Shown piece after piece: positions 57,400-64,000 of a DNA stretch of 64,000 nt (positions are counted from its first letter, which is position 1; the number at the start of each line of letters is the position of its first letter). A program made the translations under genes and the position numbers. Below the pieces are notes generated by a model. It saw only the letters and a list, made by a program, of their open reading frames with translations, was not told the DNA's origin and made no database searches. Source of the stretch: the human T2T-CHM13v2.0 reference genome, Homo sapiens; assembly GCF_009914755.1 (NCBI RefSeq), contig NC_060929.1, one strand, 5' to 3'.

Positions 57400-59559
57400 C
57401 ATCTCAAATCTTTGAGGGATTTTTCATTCCTTTCATTGCACCTGTCCCTCTACAATCACAATATCTGGTGTGGTCAGCCTTCATCTGCAGGAAGAATAAA
57501 GCCTCGGGTTCCCACTCTACTTCCCACCATGCAAGGCTGGCAGAAAAGATGATGTCTGCACTCTCCAGTAGAGATTTCAGACACTCTCGTACCTCCTGCT
57601 AGCACTTTCGTGCCTGCACCAGATTCTCTTCCCAAGCTTTGCTCACCTGCTCTGGCAGGCATTCAAATTCCTTCCTCATGGCTCTCCCCAGGCCTTGGAA
57701 AGGAGAGTGGGTTTTTAAGATTCCTTACCATTCTCCTCCCTGAACATAAAGATTAAGAATGATTTATCTCTCCCCTCCCATTAAATATGCCATTCCTTCT
57801 CTCCAGTCATCTCCCCCTCTGCTTTCCCGGGTCAGCAAGGCTAAGGAAACTGCTCAGCACCATCCTTATCAGCAAGCTTAGCGCCCCCCTCTCCTCCCAT
57901 GCCCTTGCTTAATCATTACTCTTCTTGGGTCTCCCAACACAACGTGTAAATCTTCTCATTGCCTCTCCCTGTTACCCTGGAATTCAAGCTCCTTCTCTTC
58001 CCAAATATGGCAGGCATAGGAGCTCCAGACTTCACACTTGGACAGCAGCAGAGAGACGAATCCCATCCCTGTTGTCACCTTGGCAGACACCACTCTTCAC
58101 TGCCATCATTGTCAACAGTCTCGCTGCCAACTTTGGAAGGTGTCTTTGTATCTGGCCCTGTTGGGTTCATTACAAAGGGAATCCTCCTATGAACTTGTGT
58201 ATACCCTTAGAAAGCACCTGTCTTCAAGGAGCTTAAAATCTCACTGGGGAGACATGACATAAAACTTAACATGCTCATCCAGTAGCAATCTGCCTCCCAC
58301 CTCACCTGTCAACCAAAACTGGTCTTCTAAAGCTAAGAGTATCCTCTCTTGTTTACCAAATTCATCTCCTAACTTCACACTGTCTTGGCTACACACCTCT
58401 GTAGGTCTTTGCCCTACTGAGCATGATCTACATGAAACTCAGGAAAATTTAAAGGCTTTGACTCAGACAGACTTAGGTCTGTCTTAGCTCTGACTCTTTC
58501 TAGCCGTGTGACCTTGAGTAAGTTACTGTACCTCTCTGATCTTCATCTATAAAATGTTGACAATGTCTACTGTGCACTGATGATTTCAGAAGCAGAAGGA
58601 AACCCAGGTGGAGTCTACGAATAGGGCAAAGCCTATTTGTTGGTGATAGGTGCAGTTTCCTCCAACTTGGTCTGGAGGAGTTTTGTTCAGAAAAAATTCC
58701 AGATTATTTTTCCCCCGCAAGATACACCAAACTTGAAGTAATAATAATAATTAATCATTTTGATGTAGAGTCATTCTCATCTTAACCAGCAGAGAGGAAC
58801 AAAGTCACGTGAGGAGTAAAATGAAAGAACTGTTGGGCGTTTTTGTGTTTGGTTTATCTTACCCCACTGAGCCAATTCCTCTATTTTCTCTTTAAACAGA
58901 CACAGTGGAGGCAGTTAAATGAGCCTCAACCTGAATGCAGACAAGCAGGGAGTCAATTTTAGGTTGTGATGAATAAATTATGCAGAGGTTTTTGGCTTTA
59001 ATTTTCTCCTCAGTTGACATGTTGTACTTTGAGCTGCCTACTGCCCGGGAGTCAGCGTTTAACTGGACGAAAATAGACAAAGCTAACCTGTGCAATCCTT
59101 GGCCACAGGCGGTTCTGTTGTTGACATCTACATTACCCCAAATTGCAGGACTTTGTTTTTGTTTTTCTCCTGTTGAGGGAAAGAGCAGCAGGAAGAGAAT
59201 CCCTCCCTTGCAGGTCATCCTGAAAACAGCCATAAAGCTATCAACAAGAAAAGCAACCGGATGGGGCTGCTCCGCTCAATCTGGCTGATAAACACATCTA
59301 GATGGTTTTCTGACAGGTTAGGAGCTGACAGCTTGATAAATGGGAACGAGACACCTTGAATTTGTTGGTGACAGGTGCAGTTTCCATGAACTTGCTTTCT
59401 TCCCCTATAGCAGCCCCAGCTCCTGGAGAGCGGGAAGGGAACACTTGGCTCAGGTTCACTTTGGGGCTCTCAAAACTAACATTCTCATGGGGATGGAAGA
59501 TTCATTAACAGCAAGCTTAGCTAATTTCTTCCTCATCATCCTTTAAGAAGCAAAGACAA

Positions 59560-60211
<652 letters not shown>

Positions 60212-61559
60212 CTAAAACAGTGTATGACAGTTCCAAGGCAGATTTGTGCAGGAGTCCAGCACTGGGCTGTTTTATGGCCACAGATTATATTGCTTACAGC
60301 TGTCATAGCAAGTTATGGCATTTGTTGTGGGGTATCTCAAACTCACTCCTGCCCCTGCCCTATTCTATGTAGTTTCCTACTCCCACCCTGAAACCAGAAA
60401 GATCCTCTTTTTCTTACTATAAAGAGCCCAGATCATCACCATTTCATCACTTCCTGGCTATGTTACCTTGGGCAGGGTATGTAATATCTTTGGACCTCAG
60501 TTTCTTTATCTGTGAAATGGAGAGTCATTTATTCAGCAAATATTTATGGAGGACTTATTTTATGCCAGGCATTTTGCAGGCATCAGCTTTGTGGTGGTAA
60601 ATCAGACAAGTCCCCTCCATGAAGAGCTTGCATGCTGGTGGACCCATCTTCTTTATCCATCTGCCCAACAATTCATTCCTAAACATCATCCACAGGCCAG
60701 ATGTTACTCTAGATGTTGGTGATTCATAGTAAAGAAGGCAAGTTTCCCATCTTGTGGAGTGTATGTGTGTGGAGAAATTGTACAAATGAGGCTAAATGAG
60801 ATGTATGCAAGGAAAGTACGCTATTAGCATATTTCAAGTGTGCACCATCTAGTGACCATTGCCCTATTATCATCATCTTCAGCGTCACCATGCATGAATC
60901 ACCTGAGATCACTGTGACAGACCAGTTGTCCCAACTGTGGACACGTGGTTTTCATGCTTTATGCCTGCATTACACATGTGAGAGGTTGGGTGGATCTAGT
61001 CTGAGGACAACATGGCCAGGTGGTGGGAGCTTCCACTGCACCATGCAGGGACCAGAGGTTCCACTGTACCCCATTGCAGGAATCATTTCCTTCATTTCGC
61101 TGTCTTTCTACATGGTTGTACCTAGTATAAACTGAAATACATCTGATTTTTTTCTTTTCCTAGTTGATCTGCCCCTTCCCACTCCCAATCCCGAAATAGA
61201 CTTCATAACTGCACCTCATGGTCAAATGTAAACTTTAGCATACATATTTCCTGAGTCCCAGGATATCTGTCTTCAATCATTGAGAAGTGGATTTTGTTTT
61301 TAATAAAAAACATTCAATAAATATCTGTAGAGACAAATGCATAAGAAAGATGTGCAGATGTCCACAGCAAGTAAGCCGAAAACCAGAGCATCCCAGAGCC
61401 CTCTGCTCCATAGAAATGTCTGCTTTGATTCTCTTTCTTCTGAGGGAAAACCTTTCCACCTTCTCTCTCACCCTCCCTCCCTTGAGCATATTCCATGAGC
61501 AAGGCTCTGGAGCTACCACCTTTTAGGCTCCAGGGCTACCTTCTAGGTTCTGAGGCTAC

Positions 61560-61995
61560 CTCGGGGAGCGAGAGAGTTCAATGGACTTAGGTTATAGTTA
61601 GGGAAATAGGGAACACATAAGACTACATGTAGATAAACTGCAAAAAATAATTTCTGTAAAAAAGTTGTTATGTAGTCATGGTGATGGGAAGTATTTGGAG
61701 GAGGCCATATTACACAGGGCTGCGAGGAAGGTCCCTCTGGGGAGGTGATGACTCTTGAGCTGAGACCTGAAGGGGAGGGCTCCAGTGAGAAGACCTGGAG
61801 AGGCATCCAGGCAGAGGCAGAGGCAGAGCAAGCACAGTTGTCCTCCCAGTGGACTGGGGAAAGAGGAAGCACCAGGCAGAGAATGGTGCAGGATGAGGTT
61901 GGGCAGGGTAGGTGAAGCCAGGTAGAAGCACGACCTTGAGGGATCAGGTAAGGAGTTAGATTCAACCTGGCTTGTTGATGGCTAGCTGCAGGACA

Positions 61996-62062
<67 letters not shown>

Positions 62063-62130
62063 GAGAGAAATCAGAAAAGAAAGAGTCTTAGGTTTTTGGC
62101 TGGAGCAACTGGGTGGATTATGGCGGACCC
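61560..62130 (-). mobile_element. L2 fragment
   Basis: ggaaggtccctctggggaggtgatgactcttgagctgagacctgaagg. Confidence 0.75.
61999..62060 (+). repeat. Perfect (TG)31
   Basis: Read directly. Confidence 0.97.
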
Positions 62131-62848
62131 TTTTCCTAGGATTGCTTTAGGGCCACCTTGGTGAGGACTCCCTAGATCTTATGCTTGAATCTCAGTTTCC
62201 CCACTTGTCAACTGAGTGGCTCTGAAAAGTTACATCACACCTCTGAGCCTTGGTTTTCTTATCTGTGAAAATGGCATATTACCTTTGAGGTAGGGCCGAG
62301 GCAGGGATGACACGAGATGGCCACTGGGAAGCACTCAGTGTGGAATGAAATCCTGATGAAGGTTCCATGCCTGTCAGATTCCTTTCCTTCCTTCCTCTTG
62401 CTGTCTTCTCTAGACTCATACCTGTCTTTGCCTGTTTTAACTCAGAGTTTGCTTGTTGCCTCACATTGGGTGTGAGAAGCATGTAACATTTCATCCACAC
62501 TTCAAGGCAGCTGTTGTCACTCTACTCTCTCCTTCTGTTCGCAGGTCAAATGCATTCTTTCCCCAGTCCTTCCGTCCCCCCAGGCCGTGCCACAGATATC
62601 CCCCACATGGATTCTTTTCCTCTTTAGGTGTAAGTTCCTGGTAAAAGCAGAGATGAAGTGTTTGGCTAAGCAAAATGCTGAGAGTAGCTGGCACAGTCTT
62701 TCCTTAGATGACCTCTGAAATTCTTTCCAACTTCAGTATGTTAAGCTCCAGCTTGTCCTTGAAGAGCCCAAAGGCAATAATGGGACAAAGACCAGTCCCC
62801 CATGCCTTGTTTCCATTGACAGCCATGAATATAACTACAGTTTTCTAA

Positions 62849-63229
<381 letters not shown>

Positions 63230-63244
63230 TTCACTGAAAAATTT

Positions 63245-63460
63245 TAAACTGCCTTATTGAGATAAAATTTACACGGCTTGTAATTCATCCATTTAAAGGA
63301 CAGAATTCAGTGGTTTTAGTATATACACAGATGTGTGCAACCATCACTGTCGTCAATATTAGACAGTTTTCATTACTTCAAAAAGAAGCCCCATATCCCT
63401 TAGCCACAAACTCCTATACCCTCTTCCTCCTACCTAGCCCTGAGCAACCACTAATCAGGA
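63245..63460 (-). mobile_element. L1MB-type 3' end
   Basis: ttattgagataaaatttac...tggttttagtatatacacagatgtgtgcaaccatcact. Confidence 0.85.
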
Positions 63461-64000
63461 CTCACACCATGCCTACCTCACTGTTAGGAAGAATTGTTCT
63501 TAATTGACAAGGAAGACGTCTTAAATATTAGCTAATTTCAATCCTGAAATGGGATATGCTTAACACTTTGTATATAAATTCTGGACATTTATAATGCAAT
63601 TCAACAATGTCAAGGGGGAAAAGTTGGATTCCTTGCTAATGGAGCTCTCATGAAAAATACGGGTAACTAGAAAACCATAATTATGAAATCATCTCATTCT
63701 CGTGTTGTTTGGAACACTAAATTACACATTTCTTAAGAAGCTGGCATCTCTCTCTCTCTCCACCTACCTATCTACCTACCCATCTAAATATTTTCAGAGT
63801 TTGTTCTGAAGTTTGAAAAATTATATCCAGAGAGGTGCAGCGTCTTGTTCAAGGTCACACAACTACTTTGCAGCGTTGTTGGACCACCCAGTAAGTTCTC
63901 TTGCCTCTTGGTTCACTGCCTTCTCCTGCTTCACACTCTACTGAAGTCACATCACTAAGGGCATCTGACTCATGAAACTCAACTATATTGCTCAGCAAGA

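Noticed and set aside
57880-57896. CTCF-like agcgcccccctctcc
   Set aside because: Lacks the CCA half of the core motif.

Overview
Human-type genomic DNA: a full-length AluYa5 carries every subfamily diagnostic. The window is intronic/intergenic and roughly half interspersed repeats: about 21 Alus, many MIR and L2 fragments, L1M 3' ends, MLT1 and MER31 LTRs, hAT/Tigger/mariner MITEs and microsatellites. There is no CpG island and no multi-exon CDS I can support; nearly all listed ORFs are Alu, microsatellite or chance frames. Three unique-sequence blocks (about 6180-6670, 9936-10490 and 28845-28990) end in strong minus-strand splice donors and look like alternative first exons or promoters of a minus-strand gene running off the left edge; I cannot name that gene. 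The most unusual structures are a MADE1 palindrome holding a four-G-run telomeric repeat between duplicated cores, a 65-bp-arm fold-back hairpin, a 176-bp tandem duplication of unique DNA, a fossil CR1/L3 reverse-transcriptase fragment and a very young AluYa5. I see no convincing new multi-gene system. Repeat family calls are by eye from remembered consensus sequences, and boundaries of old repeats are approximate.
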